64,000 nt of DNA, taken from the human T2T-CHM13v2.0 reference genome, Homo sapiens. Location of the stretch: NCBI RefSeq assembly GCF_009914755.1, contig NC_060936.1; one strand, given 5' to 3'. Of this stretch, positions 1 to 13,800 are shown one piece after another; the first letter of the stretch is position 1, and the number at the start of each line of letters is the position of its first letter. The notes below the pieces were generated by a model, which had not been told where the DNA came from, searched no databases, and saw only the letters and a list, made by a program, of their open reading frames with translations. Both the position numbers and the translations under genes were made by a program.

Positions 1-422
1 ACGAGTCTGAGTGGTGTTAGCTGATCCACTGGGTGCAGGGTTTACAAAATATCTCCAGCACCGATCTTAGGTTTTACAGTAGTGATGTTATTCCCAGGAG
101 CAATTTGTAGAGGTTCAGACTCTTGCAGCCATAGGCTGCATGACCCCTAAATCATAATTTCTAATCTTCTGGCTAATTTGTTAGTCCTACAAAGACAGGC
201 TTGTCCCCATGCAAGAACAGGTTCTTTTTGGGAAAGGTTATTATCAATTTTGTTTCAGAGTCAAACCATAAACTAAAGTCCTTCCCAAGGTTAGTTGGGG
301 CTTCACCCAGGAATGAATAAGGACAGCTTAAAGGTTAGAAGCAAGATGGAGTCAGTTGATTAGGTCTGATCTCTTTCACTGCCATAATTTCCTCAGCTGT
401 AATTTTTGCAAAGGCAGTTTCA
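1..422 (-). mobile_element. LTR8A-like ERV1 LTR (cut by window start)
   Basis: Reverse strand begins TGAAACTGCCTTTGCAAAAATTACAGCTGAGGAAATTATGGCAGTGAAAGAGATCAGACC, matching the LTR8/LTR8A 5' end as recalled. Confidence 0.8.
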
Positions 423-1626
423 GATATAGAGATGAAAGTTATGAAAGACAAAATGAATTAGAGACAGAAAGAAAAACTGTGCTTTTATATTCATGTCTTC
501 TTACTATGGATATTGTTCCAACAAAACTTTTGCTGCAAAGTTTAAGAATTATGCAACTAATCCCTACATATATAACAATTAATACTACTGTATAAAATTC
601 TTAATTTATAGGAAAAGTTATTTTAATAAACTGTAGATGGAAGTGTCTATATATTAGAAAAATACTTTTAATAAAGAATACTTAATTTTTATGCAAGTAT
701 GTAAAACTGTGGTTTGAATATAGACACAAGGACAAGGGCTGTGAAAAAAAAGAAGATAAATTATTCATCAAAAATATTTTTCTTAAAATGTATTTGAATT
801 TGATTTCTTTAATTATTTATATTGCAGGGTCAATTGAGTGAGTTCCATTGCTATATAATGCAAAAAAACACTTTTGCCCTTACATAATATAAAGAATTTT
901 TTTTCTTGGATCTTGGCTCACACGGTTCTATTTGCACATGCTTCTATGTTGTGTAATATAGCTTGCATTTGTTTCTCAATTGTTTTCTTAGAGTCTAAAT
1001 GAATTTTATGATATGTCTATAAATGAAACACATCATAAATATTTCAAATTTTTTTTATGTGGAAAACTGGAGAGTAAGTGCACTTATTCCTGAGTGAAAA
1101 TATAATTTTGAATAATTGGCATAAAGTATATTCATACTCACTTTGAATTTTATTTTACTTTTACTTAAACACACATACACACATGTTGAGTTTGTTTACA
1201 GGAGAAAGATATGATTTATGAATAATGATTTTAAAAAGTGCACAAGTCTCCTCGACTTCAAAAAACTTTCCCTAAACAACTTTTAAATTAGCCAACACTA
1301 AATGAATCTAAAAGGTAGATAAATTTAACTTTATAATAAAATACTCATGGGCCTAAAAGTTAATAAAAACTGTATTTGGCATCACACATTTTAAATTTAA
1401 TTGAACTTCAAGCATTAGGAATATAGGTGAAATGCCTATATGGTTCTAATTCTATAGTCATCAAAAAAAAAATTGCAGCAATTTGCATTTCATTTTGGAA
1501 GCTTTAAAGATTTATAATATTAGCATTTATTGCAACTTAGTCTATTTTCTTCTATAGAACTTTAGTTAAACTGTAGCAAGCAATTTTAGTTAACTCTCCT
1601 TTATCTTCATTTAATTACATAGTCTG

Positions 1627-1941
1627 CATATTAGTTCATTCTCATACTGCTATGAAGAAATACCCAAGACTGTGTAATTCATAAAGGACAAAGGTTTAAT
1701 TGACTTACAGTTCAGCATGGCTGGAGAGGCCTCAGGAAACTTACAATCATGGTGGAAGGCACCTCTTTACAAGGCAGCAAGAGAGAGAATGGGAGCAGAG
1801 CAAAGGGAAAAAAGCCCCTTATAAAAGCATCAACCCCATGATTCAATCAACTTTCACTGGGTCCCCTCCCACAACACATGGGGATTATGGGAACTACAAA
1901 TCAAGATGAGATTTGGGTGGGGACACAGCCAAACCATATCA
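1627..1941 (-). mobile_element. THE1 (MaLR) solo LTR with a short internal deletion
   Basis: Ends GATTTGGGTGGGGACACAGCCAAACCATATCA (reverse complement of the THE1 start); flanks GTCTG/TTCTG resemble a 5-bp TSD. Confidence 0.9.
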
Positions 1942-2070
1942 TTCTGCTACTGAAAATTAATATTTTCCATTAAAGCTATGTTCTAATTCTATATAATCAA
2001 TGTGGATGTATATATTAAGTCAGTTCAAAAATATACTTGATTTTACCACAAACCCAAAGGTAAAATAGTT

Positions 2071-2410
2071 TGCAAAAGGAAAATAAAATCTCAGGACTCC
2101 AATTCACATATCAAAAGGAAAAAATATTAAGCCGAGAGCTGACTCAAGCAAGGAACTCTTTTTCCTTTGATTTCCAAGCCGATAGCTACAGATAACATTT
2201 TGAATATCTCTACAGAGAGCTACTCTATGTTCACCTTATCTTATGTAAAATGCTAATTTACTAAGTGCAAGACTAATCTATAATTGACTATTCTTCTATC
2301 TGTTCCTTGTGGATTGTAACGTGTGGATTCAGTAATGTGACCATACCCTCCTTCTCTCCCCTCTAGCCTGCTTTTCCCGTTTAAATATGGAAGCTCTTAA
2401 AATTTTCACA
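2071..2410 (+). mobile_element. MER4-family ERV1 LTR fragment
   Basis: AAAGGAAAATAAAATCTCAGGACTCCAATTCAC resembles the MER4 LTR 5' end. Confidence 0.65.
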
Positions 2411-3050
2411 TAAGAATATATTTTTTGATTTTCATTAAATATTGAAAAAACAATACAATTTTACTAATATATGTGGAGGTATAAAGTAGAGCAATAATTC
2501 AAATTTTATTGAGCCATTACCCATTTTCAAAGAGCACATAACCATTTCATTACAAGCACTCATTTGCTGGAGGTTATTATTTCCTTGAATCCTTCATCTT
2601 TGAGTGAAAAGCCAATTTTGCCATGTGAGCTTGTTATGCTACACTGTAGATTACATAGATTTACATAATTTTTAAATTATAAAGATTGAATGATATACTA
2701 TTATATCTTCTTCTCTGATTTTTCCCTTAATAGTATTTTAAGATTCATGGCAATGTAGCTAAATTAATTTATTCTATTTCATTCTATTTGAAAAATAGAC
2801 ATAATATGTATGGTGTGTAGACATGTGTTTACTTTTCCTTTGGACAGATGTTTTTTCTGGCTTACAGACTTGTATTGCTACTGGTTTAACTCTCATGAAA
2901 ATTATCATACTTCCTCTTATGCAAATTAAGACCACCCTCCCTTCTAGGTTATGTGTCCTAAGAAACATGCATCTAGAAATAATGTATTGTCAAATTATTT
3001 TTCAGCAGTATTTCTCTCTTCTACTTGCTTACCAACTATTGAAATATTTA

Positions 3051-3053
<3 letters not shown>

Positions 3054-3081
<28 letters not shown>
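3054..3081. repeat. (TG)n microsatellite
   Basis: Direct observation. Confidence 0.95.
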
Positions 3082-3509
3082 TTAATCTATTAAGTTTACA
3101 ATGGAAATGTATTGTGGTTGTATTTTTACTTCTGATTATAAATTAACTAAAACAACTTTTCTGATACTTTTGGACATTTTAATTTTTTCTTTTCAGGTTC
3201 CTCTGGAAGGAAGAGTTTATCCATTTTCTCTTGGATTGTTTGTCTTTGTCTAAAATGCTATAAGAATGTGTATACACACACACACTCACGTGTGTGTGCA
3301 TGTGTGTGTGTGAGATAATATAAACTTTGGATACAAATTCCTTGTCAAATGTGTGTAGCAAATATCTGGTTTTTTTTCCTGTTTATGGCTTCTATTTGAA
3401 CTCTCTTTATGATGTCTTTAATGTGAAAATATTCTAAATTTTAGAATTGTAAAATTTACTCATATATTTTATATTTATTTGTGTTCTCTAATTTAATATC
3501 ATATTCATC

Positions 3510-3848
3510 ATATACATGTATATACATGCATATATATGCATGCATACAAGTATATATCCATATATATGCATGTATACAAGTATATATATACATGTATATA
3601 TGTGTATATATATACTTGTATACATGCATATATATGGATATATACGTGTATGCATGCATATATATGCATGTATATGCATGTATATAGTATATACATGCAT
3701 ATATATGCATATATGTGTATACATGTGTATATATATGCATATGCATATGTATATATGTGCATGTATATATATATGTATATATATACATGCACATATATAC
3801 ATATATACACTATATATCAATATATATCATATTGATACACATATATAA
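3510..3848. repeat. AT-rich (TA/CATG) low-complexity repeat containing two palindromes
   Basis: About 10-bp units such as TATATATGCA and TATACATGCA; inverted symmetry at 3510-3685 and 3745-3804. Confidence 0.95.
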
Positions 3849-3853
3849 AATAT

Positions 3854-4204
3854 TGACATGGTTAGGCTTTGCATCCCCACCAAAATCTCATCTTGAATTA
3901 TAGTCCCCATAATCCCTATGTTTCGTGGGAGGGATCAGGTGGAGATAATTGAATCATGGGGGTGGTTTCCCCCATCCTGTTCTTGTGATAGTGGATAAGT
4001 CTCACAAGATTCAATGGTTTTATAAATGTCAGTTCTCATGCACATGCTCTCTTGCCTGCCACCATGTAAGACATGACTTTGCTTCTCATTCATCTTCTGT
4101 CATGATTGTGAAGTCTCCCCAGCCATGGGGAACTGTGAGTCCATTAAACCTCTTTCCTTTATAAATTAGTCAGTCTTAGGTATGTTTTTAAACAGGCTTG
4201 TATA
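3854..4204 (+). mobile_element. THE1 (MaLR) solo LTR
   Basis: TGACATGGTTAGGCTTTGCATCCCCACCAAAATCTCATCTTGAATT...CCATTAAACCTCTTTCCTTTATAAATT. Confidence 0.9.
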
Positions 4205-4221
4205 TATATGGCATATATATA

Positions 4222-4256
4222 TGTGTGTGTGTATGTGTGTGTGTGTGTGTGTGTGT
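4222..4256. repeat. (TG)n microsatellite
   Basis: Direct observation. Confidence 0.95.
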
Positions 4257-7200
4257 GGAATTTTTTTTTAAGGTTGTGTTAGTTGTATTCAATTTTCTTT
4301 TCACATTTTTGTAATTAAACTATTATATGTGGACATTTGGTTTTTGGTGTTGTTCACCATTTATTAGATAAGACTTTTTCACCATTGACCTCTTATGCCA
4401 GGTGTCATTTTTAATGTTTCCAGATAGACATTAGCCTGTTTCTAAACTCTGTAGTCTATTCATCTATTCCTAGATCAATACTCCACTATATTAATTCCTA
4501 TATCTTTCTACTCCTAACCCATGTATCTGTGAATATTTCATGATTCTTATTATTTTTAACTCCTAATGGAACTTGACTTATTGTTTGTTAAATGTTTTTC
4601 TCTAATCCTCTCATTTTATTTATTCCATTACAGTATATTTTCATATATTTTTTTAGTCACAAGTTGTCAGTTAAACTGTACTTAATTTTATGTTAAATTC
4701 TTCTATATTTTGCTTCTAACACTTTTTATATGTAGGGATTTTGTGGGCTCATTTCCATAACTGCTTGGGTATTTTCAAAGTCCCCTTATCTGTTTTATCC
4801 CCATAAGCCTGTCTTTTAGTTTTTAAACAGAGTAAATATGTCTATTAATAATTTCTGTCTTATAATTCTAACATCCTAATAAGTCTACTTTTGTCATCTG
4901 ATGTCTCTTGGTGCCTTTGTTCTGTTTAGGCCTTGTGATTTCTTTCTTTTTTTTTTTTTTTTGGCTATATTCTAAATGTGAGAATCTTCGAGACCTTCCC
5001 TTCAGAGAATACAAAGAATATTTGCTTTTACTTCTCACAGGCATATGGGTTACTACAAATCTAAGTCTACTTTAAAGTAAACTCTCTGCTAGAGATTTTG
5101 GAGAACAACACAGATTGGGTGGAATTGAGTACCGTAGTTAGATAAGGTCTGTCTTGTTATGACAAATCATTTTTTTACAAATCATTATTTTCCTTTTCAG
5201 AAATTCAACATTTGTTTGCGACTATAAAGACGCATTTCTTTCTCCTCCTATGTAATGGAACTATCTCCTGGTTTTTGTGATCCATATTTTATATTAGTCT
5301 TCTATTAGTTATTCAAACTTAGGCAAGATCTATAAATTATGTCTTGTTCTTTTACCTCCATCCCTCCCTCGACACACATCTCCCAAATCCAAGTCTTGAA
5401 TCATGAAGGTCAGCAGAAGCCCTCTAGGCAGAAAGCCAACTTTTGACTTTGCTTGCTTCAAAAGATTCCCTTTTTAACTTTAGATTTGGCTTATGTTGTT
5501 CCCCTATAGTATTAGTAGTTTAGCAATGTATTTAAGATGAAATGTTCACTTCTTTTGTACAATTTTTAGCTGTTTTAATGTGAATGTTATTCAGAGTATT
5601 TATCTAATCTGCCATATTTTACAAAATAGAAATCTATATTTATTATTATACCCATGTTTATGTACACATAATTAGAATAAGCTTATTAAAGGGAATACAT
5701 TAAAACAATTGTAAAATATGTATACATGTAACTAAAATCAGAGAAAAATATATTAACAATATAATAATTATAATTTCTAGGCACTGAAAATTGTGAAAAT
5801 AAAAGAGCTACACAAAATGATTTTCAAGAGGACAAGCTAAAAATAAATCCAGTAGAAATAATTATTTTTTTCAAAGTTCTGAAACAGAAATGCTTGAATC
5901 ACTCTTCACCCTTGCTCCTCCTGACATGTCTCCTTTCCTATTGCACGTTTATAAATTATTTCTTTAACACGAATGCAATTGACAAGACTGAGTCCTTTCT
6001 AGATCTTTTTGTGTTGGCTTTCTGATCTGCTTGACACATGTGACAATGTCACATGAATAATGAAATATAAGTAACTTGGGTATTTTTAGTCTGATTTTAA
6101 AGCTTTTCTCCCGGTCTTTTTTTTCTTCCTTTTAAATAGTTTAAATTGAAAAAAACAAAATTTTTATTAAAAAGTTTTTTTTCTAATTGAAGAAGAATTT
6201 AATTGAAGATTAAACCACAATATATGCATGAATTGGTGGGAAAAAGCATAAATCAAGGCATAAAAACTATTTTATTACAAATAATTCTACAGATACATAT
6301 AGAATATTAGTGATCAATATTCATTCAAACTACATCTTGTGAGTTCAAGATGACATTTTTTTAGTAAAAGTGTAGTCATGCTATTGCAAAGCACACCTAC
6401 TTATTAGTGTCTAGTTTTTGGCAACAATGCATTTTTGAGAAAAAAATATTTCTTCAGTTCCTTGATAGATAACCTCAACACATGGAAAAATGATTTTTCT
6501 TTTCCTCTGAGTCCGTGGCTACCACGATATACTGAATGCTTTGCAATAGTTCTGTGTGCTGATTAAGATTCATAGTGAGGTTTTTCTTATGATTTTGATT
6601 TGAAATATAAATTGATTTGACAGAATCTGTTACTTTGTGTATTTCTTTCCAAGCAATATGCACATGTGGTTATATCATTTCCCTGTCTCCTAAGCTTTTC
6701 TTTAACTACCATTGAAATATTATTTATGCAGAGAAAATTCTGTATTGGCGAATACATTTTCTCCACTACGGTTTTCCAGTGTCTTCAGTTTTCATATGCT
6801 GCAGTGTGTGTGTATGTGAGAGAAACAGAGAGAGATAAAAAGCATCACATTTTGTGACTGAATATATTGAACTGGCATTTAAATAGTAACAATTGCTCCA
6901 TTGAAAATTTTACTACCTATGATGTTATGGTAGGCTGAGAATCCTTTATAATCAATGAAAACACAGTAATGACATCCCCATGGTAACATAAATTCTGGAA
7001 GACTGATTGCAACAGTTACACCTAAACCTGAAATAATTCCACAATAACTTGAAGATGTAGAACTTAAATTCCCAGTACCTTGTTTCTATATATTTTTTGC
7101 ATTATTTACTCGAAGCAGATGTATTTTATAAAGGGAAAATACATGACACTTTACAATAATGTAGACATGTCAAAATATGCATATGTCTATCTAACAGAAA

Positions 7201-7730
7201 GATATTCACTTGAAAGAGTGGAACTTTTTCGTGGACTAATGATGCCATTATAAGGCAGAAAAGGAATTCATTGTTCATACAATAGATGTCTTTTTGAAAA
7301 CATCTGTCAAAAAGGACATTTTGAAAACAGTCGTTTAATCGCCAAAGGAATTGTCATTTAAAGATAATCTGATATAAATCTCACTTAAAGAGGATATGGT
7401 ATAATCTCATTCAAAATAAAATAATTACTACTGTTGCACATTACATTTTTAACAGTGAATCTCTTGTTACAGAAAAAGTTAAGAACTCAACATAAGGAAT
7501 TAATGTAGTACATTAACAACTTCTAAAATTATATTTAGGGATGTCATTTCATGGTATTACAATATTTGTACTACAAAAGAAATAAAATTATTGTGTTTTA
7601 ATTAGAAATTTGATTATCTTTTGTGCTTGCTAAAGAACAACATGATCAAATGTTTTTGGTCAATATGTATGAAAAGATCTGTAAGACTGAATTCTTTCCA
7701 CAAGGCACACACTCAAAAAAGAAAGAACAC

Positions 7731-8263
7731 CTGTCTTAGCCTAAATTTTTCTCATAGAAGAGCTTGAAAATATATTATCTTAGGGAGCTAAAGTGCAGAA
7801 TATGGGGAGTATAATGGGAAAAGTGGAAAAGCAAACACAAGAATGCTATATTGATTTGACCAATGCTTTTAAGAAACTGGTGCTTTAGCTCATGAGCATC
7901 TTGTAAGAGGACTTACATAATACATCCCGGAACTGTCCATCTGAGGGAACAAATTGAAGCCATATTTATGTATCTGTTCTCATACCTCATTGTTCAAATG
8001 TGCCATCATGGGCTTTGACTGTACCGCATTCGTAAGTTAAACATGTGAGCATTGGGCAGATTTTCAAATTTATCTGTGCTACAGTTTCAAGGAAGCTCCA
8101 AGGCAGGAAGCAGGGAGTATGTGGCTAAGCGTCAGATGATGTACTATTCAATTATACCTGCATGAGGCTAGTGAGATTCTGCAAGGAATTCTTTGCTATA
8201 ACAGTTCCTAGAGTGTGAGATGGGGCCAAGAAGATTTTGAAATGGTTATGAGAGTTGTCCACA
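7731..8263 (-). mobile_element. Old ERVL-type LTR (LTR33-like)
   Basis: TGTCTTAG...GTCCACA bounded, GC-richer segment; weak resemblance only. Confidence 0.3.
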
Positions 8264-10296
8264 AGATTTTAATTTTATTTTCCCGTGCAAAAGACAAACA
8301 AAACAGACAATATATAACTCAGACATAGATATGAATCTTGTTAGTTAAACTCAAAAGGTCTTCACCTACCCTCCCACCACTTCCACAATTTCTTCCAGTT
8401 GACATTTTGTAATATACAATAAGTAAATTTACTTGATGTTGTTATTGTACATACATTATCCTATTTTGTAAATGTTTTTTAAATTAGACCTCCAAAAGAC
8501 GTCTAATTTTAAAATTTACTTTTCATGTTAAGAAAAGTAAATATAACATTTCCATTTAATAAATTTCCAAACTACTTGGTGTATATGCAAGTATCTTACT
8601 ATAATTTCAGATATGATGCTTCTTTTTCTGTGCTACTGCAATGCTTTTGAAATGTATATGTTTGTTTCATTAACTTGAAATTCTCTGTGGGGTTTCTTAT
8701 TTGTCTTGGTCTACCATTGAGTCTTAAATTTCTTCTTGACTGTTTTCAGCATCATCACCTCAAATATTTCGAAGTGCATCTCCTTTTCAAAGCACAGAAT
8801 AAAAAAAGTCAAGATCTGAAATAAGATTATTATACCTGTGAGTAATCAAAACTCAAATGATGATATGAAAATAATTGTTATAAATAGACTTCCTCCATTT
8901 AGCTTTTGGAAACCTTGTATATATTTTTAAAACAGCAGAATCCATTGGCAAGTGAGACTGGTTCTCTTACCTCCCTATTTGGCTGCCTTTAGGACAATTT
9001 GTCAAACTACAAAGCTTGATCATTCTGAGGTTAGCTGCAATTACTTGTCTAAGTAAATTTTCAGTTAAAAATTTATAAAATGTATATTTTCTTAGCAGCA
9101 TCCAGAGGAGTTTTAAGGATGTGATTTAATAAAAAATAATAGACTTTAAATCTTATTTTCTTTTGTATTATGAAACTATGGATGACTGATATGAAAACTG
9201 TCAACTTTAATGACTTTCTTTTTAAACTATCTAATACATAACAAAACTCATGTAACAGACTTTGATTTCTCCTTTTCCAAACCTTCCCCCAAGCCTCAGT
9301 ATTTATTCCATGCAAAGTATTTATAATAGCTGAAAAAGCACATTCAGAAATTCTAAAGCAATAAAATGGCTATGATAAGAAAGGTAAAATAAATATTGTT
9401 TCTACAGACAAAAGAAAAACTATTTTAGGAGTATGAATATTTTGTTGTATTTGCCTGTAATAAAAGCCAGATATGGCCCACTAACATTTTACCATTTTCC
9501 TAGCTGTTAATTTCTCACATAACAATATAATCATGGCAATTACAATAATACCTTTCCTTTATATAGGGTTTTATAATTACACATTGCTTTCCCTTTCTCT
9601 ATTGTCTATAAGAATCACAAACAAATTTAAGAGATTATTTTTATCCATATTTAACATAAGAAAATTAGGTCTTATGGCTATAAAATGAATTGCTTAGTCA
9701 TGTAACTAAAAAGTCATATGTAGAAACATTCTTTCCTACATTAATAAAATAAATCAACATGAAACTATAATTTGATAAGTATAAACACCTTAATTCATTG
9801 ATTAAAAATAATGATCCACTGAATTATTAGGAAGTTCTGGGTTTCATTCATTATAAATGACATACCCACATTTCAATTTTGAAGTGTATGTGATTTCTGT
9901 TCACATGCAAAAATACCAGCAACAACAACTAAACTAAACAAATAATATGTAGATGTGTGAAAGCCACTGTTGAGTGTGAAAACACAAGTCATAGAGGGAA
10001 AAAAAATTTACAAATCACATATCGGACATAAGATTTGTATCCAGAATATAAAATAAACTCTCAAAACTCAAAAGTAAAACAAATGACAAAAATAAACAAA
10101 AAAAATGGGCAAAACAGCTAAAGAATCTTAACAAAAGAAGATATACACATGGCAGATAAGCATATTAAATGATGCTCAATTTAATTAGTCATTACATAAT
10201 ACAAATTAAAATCACAATGAAATACCACTAAACACAGACTATAAGTCATAAAAGAAAACTGGCAATATATAATACTGATTAGGGAACAACTGTAAT

Positions 10297-10352
10297 TCTT
10301 AATGCTTGTGGGAATAAAAAATGGTCTTAATGTTTGTGGGAATAAAAAATGG
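10297..10352. repeat. 28-bp tandem duplication
   Basis: TCTTAATG(C/T)TTGTGGGAATAAAAAATGG twice. Confidence 0.9.
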
Positions 10353-10360
10353 CATAGCCA

Positions 10361-10661
<301 letters not shown>

Positions 10662-10883
10662 GGCATAGCCATTGTGAAGAACAATTTTGGCATTTTTTTA
10701 AATATTGAGAAAATTCAGAAAAATTTTTAAATTTAAACATACGCATGCTATACAATCTAGCAATCCTTCTCCTAGGTATGCATAGATATAAAATGTAGGT
10801 TTATGTTCCTGCAAAAACTTGTACATAACTTTTTATAGCAGCTTCATCCATAATTACCAAAACAGGAAACGAAGATGCATTTT

Positions 10884-13800
10884 CTTTTTTTTAATTCTGA
10901 TTTGTTTTTTAATTTTTAATTTTTTGTGGGTACATAGTAGATGTATATATTTATGCGGTACGTGAGATGTTTAATACAGGCATGCAATGTGAAATAATCA
11001 CATCATAGAGAATGGGTTATCCATCCCTTCAAGCATTTATCCTTTCTGTTATAAACAATCCAACTACACTCTTTTATTAATTTATTCTCTCCTTGCTTTA
11101 AGATTTCCACTGAAAAGCCTGCTGCCAGGCATATTGGAGCTTTGTTGTATATTATATTTGTTCCTTTCCTCTTGTTGCTTTTAGGATCCTTTCTTTATCC
11201 TTGATCTTTGGGAATTTGAGTATTAAATGCCCTGAATTATTCTTCTTTGGGCTAAATCTGCTTAGAGTTATAAAACCTTTGTGTATTTGGATATTTATAT
11301 CTGTCTGTAGAATTGGCAAGTTCTCTATCATTATTCATTTGAGTAAACTTTCTACCCCTATCTCTTCCTCTTCTTCCTCTTTAAGGTCAATAATTCTTAT
11401 ATTGGCCCTTTTGAGGCTACTTTCTAGATACTGTAAGAGTGCTTCTTTTTCTTATTCTTTTTTATTTTGCCTCCTCTGTGTATTTTCAAATAGCCCGACT
11501 TCAAGCTCACTATTTTTTTCTTTGGCTTTATCATTTTATTAAAAGACTCTTGAGGCCTTTTGCAGTATGCCAATGGCATTTTTCTGCTGTAGAATTTCTG
11601 CTCAATTTTTAGTTATTTCAATCTCTTTATTAAATTTATCCGATAGTATTCTGAATTCCTTCTCTGTGTTATCCTGAATTTCTTTGAGTTTTTTAAAAAC
11701 AAGTATTTTGAATTCTCTTTCTGGAAGATCACATATCTCTGTTTCTCCAGGATTGGTCTCTGGTGCCTTATTTAGTTAGTTTGGTGAGATTATGTTTTCC
11801 TTGATGGTGTTGATGCTAATAGATGTTCTTTGGTGTCTGGTCATTAGGGAATTAGGTATTTCTTGTAGTCTTCACTGTCTGAGCTTGTTTGTAACCCTCC
11901 TTGTTGGGAAGGCTTTGCAGATATTCAAAAGGACTTGAGTGTTGTAATCAGAGTTATATCTGCTTTAGGGTGCACTCCAAGCCTAGTACTGCTGCGGTTC
12001 TTGCCAACTTGTAGAGGTACTACCTCCATGGTTTCAGACAAGATCTGGGAGAATTCTTTGTATTACCAGGCAGAGACTTGTTCTTTTCCGTTGCTTTATC
12101 CTAAACAAATGGGGTCTCTCCCTCTGTTCTGAGCCACTTAAAGCTCTAGGTACTACCTCCATGGTTTCAGATAAGATCTGGGAGAATTCTTTGTATTACC
12201 AGGCAGAGACTCTTGTTCTTTTCCCTTGCTTTATCCTAAACAAATGGGGTTTCTCCCTCTGTTCTGAGCCACTTAAAGCTCTAGGTACTACCTCCATGGT
12301 TTCAGACAAGATCTGGGAGAATTCTTTGTATTACCAGGCAGAGACTCTTGTTCTCTTCCCTTACTTTATCCTAAACAAATGGAGTCTCTCCCTCTGTTCT
12401 GAGCCACTTAAAGCTCTAGGTAAAGTGGCACAAGCACCCCAGTGTCCACCACCACTATGAGTGTGCTGGGTCAGACCTGAATACAGAAGAGCACTGAGTC
12501 TCACCCAAGGCATGCTGTAACCACTCCCTGGCTACTGTCTATGTTCACTCAAAGCCCCAGGGCTCTACAATCATCAAATGGCAAAGCCATCCAGGCCTGT
12601 GTTCTTCCCTTTAGGATGGCGAGGTCCCCCAGGACCCAAGTGGGTCCAGAGGTCCTGTCTGTGAGTCAGGGACTAGAGTCAAAAACCTTAGAAGTCTATC
12701 TGGTATTCTATTGTAATGTCCCTAAGTTGGCACTCAAACTGCAAGACACAGTCTTTCCCATTCTTCCCTCTTCTTTCCAAAGGCAGAGGAGCCTCACCCC
12801 ATAGCTACCACCACCACAGGCCATGGGGGGTACTGCCAGACTAACACCAAAGTTTCCTTTAGGCCCCAGGCCTCTTAAGTCAGCTTGTGATGATTGCTGC
12901 CTGGCCTGAGACTCCCCTTTCAGGGTAGTGACATTCCCACTGCATTCAAGAAGCAATGCAGGTCCAGAAATGCCATCAATGTGTCAAGTCTTGAAATTAG
13001 GGACCCCTGGTGCTCTACCCCTCTGTGGCCATGCCAGTACCTAAGGTGCAAGACAAAGTTTCCATTACTTTTCCCACTGTTTTTCTCAACCAGAGGGAGT
13101 CTGGTTGCCCCATATCTACCACAGCTGGGAATGCGTTGAGTCTCCCCTGAACCTAGCAAGTCTCAGAGGCTCAACCTCCACATAGTACTTGGGTATCACT
13201 GCTGGTTATTCAGGACCCCAGGGCTCTTCAGTTAGCAGGGAATGAATATTACCAGGACTGCGTCCTTCCCTTCGAAGCAGCAGGTTCCCTTCTGGCCCAA
13301 GATGTGTCTAGAAATATTGTCCAGTAGCAAGGCCCAGAAAGAAGTCCTCACAACTCTGACACATGTTCTATCCTGCTGTGGCTGAGTTGGCATACAAGAT
13401 ACAAGACCGTTCTCCCCACTCTTCCCTCTACTCTCTTCATGTGAGAAGGGGGTCTCTTTTGGATCCACAAGATGTACATCCTGGGTTTAGGGGAGGGATG
13501 AGGCCTGCACTACAATTAGTCTCCCCAGCTGATGTCCTGGTGAGTTGCATGCCTCCCCATTCCACTGTCTCTGGCTCTGGTTCAGCACAAGGACTTGCCT
13601 AAGAGTCACAGTTTTTGTGGCCTAGACTGTCTTTCAAGTTTCCTTAGACACCCAGAGTGCATTGGCCCTTAGTGGGGAGGTTTGTGAGAACTCAAGTTTG
13701 AACCACTGGGATTAGAGGTTCCCCTGAGGCTAGGGCTGGTTTAAATGCTCCCTCCTGTAGTGGGCTTCAGCTGAGTTTGGTTTGGTTTTCCTTTCAGCTC

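Noticed and set aside
3456-3903. Cluster of overlapping 60-112 aa ORFs on both strands
   Set aside because: These are translations of a stop-free TA/CATG repeat. The similar peptides on both strands only reflect the palindrome.
12015-12422. CRISPR-like array
   Set aside because: Whole units are repeated with no unique spacers, and the context is eukaryotic.
12161-12460. ORF with an internal 45-aa repeat
   Set aside because: It is a by-product of the 135-bp tandem repeat, read antisense in an L1 5' region.
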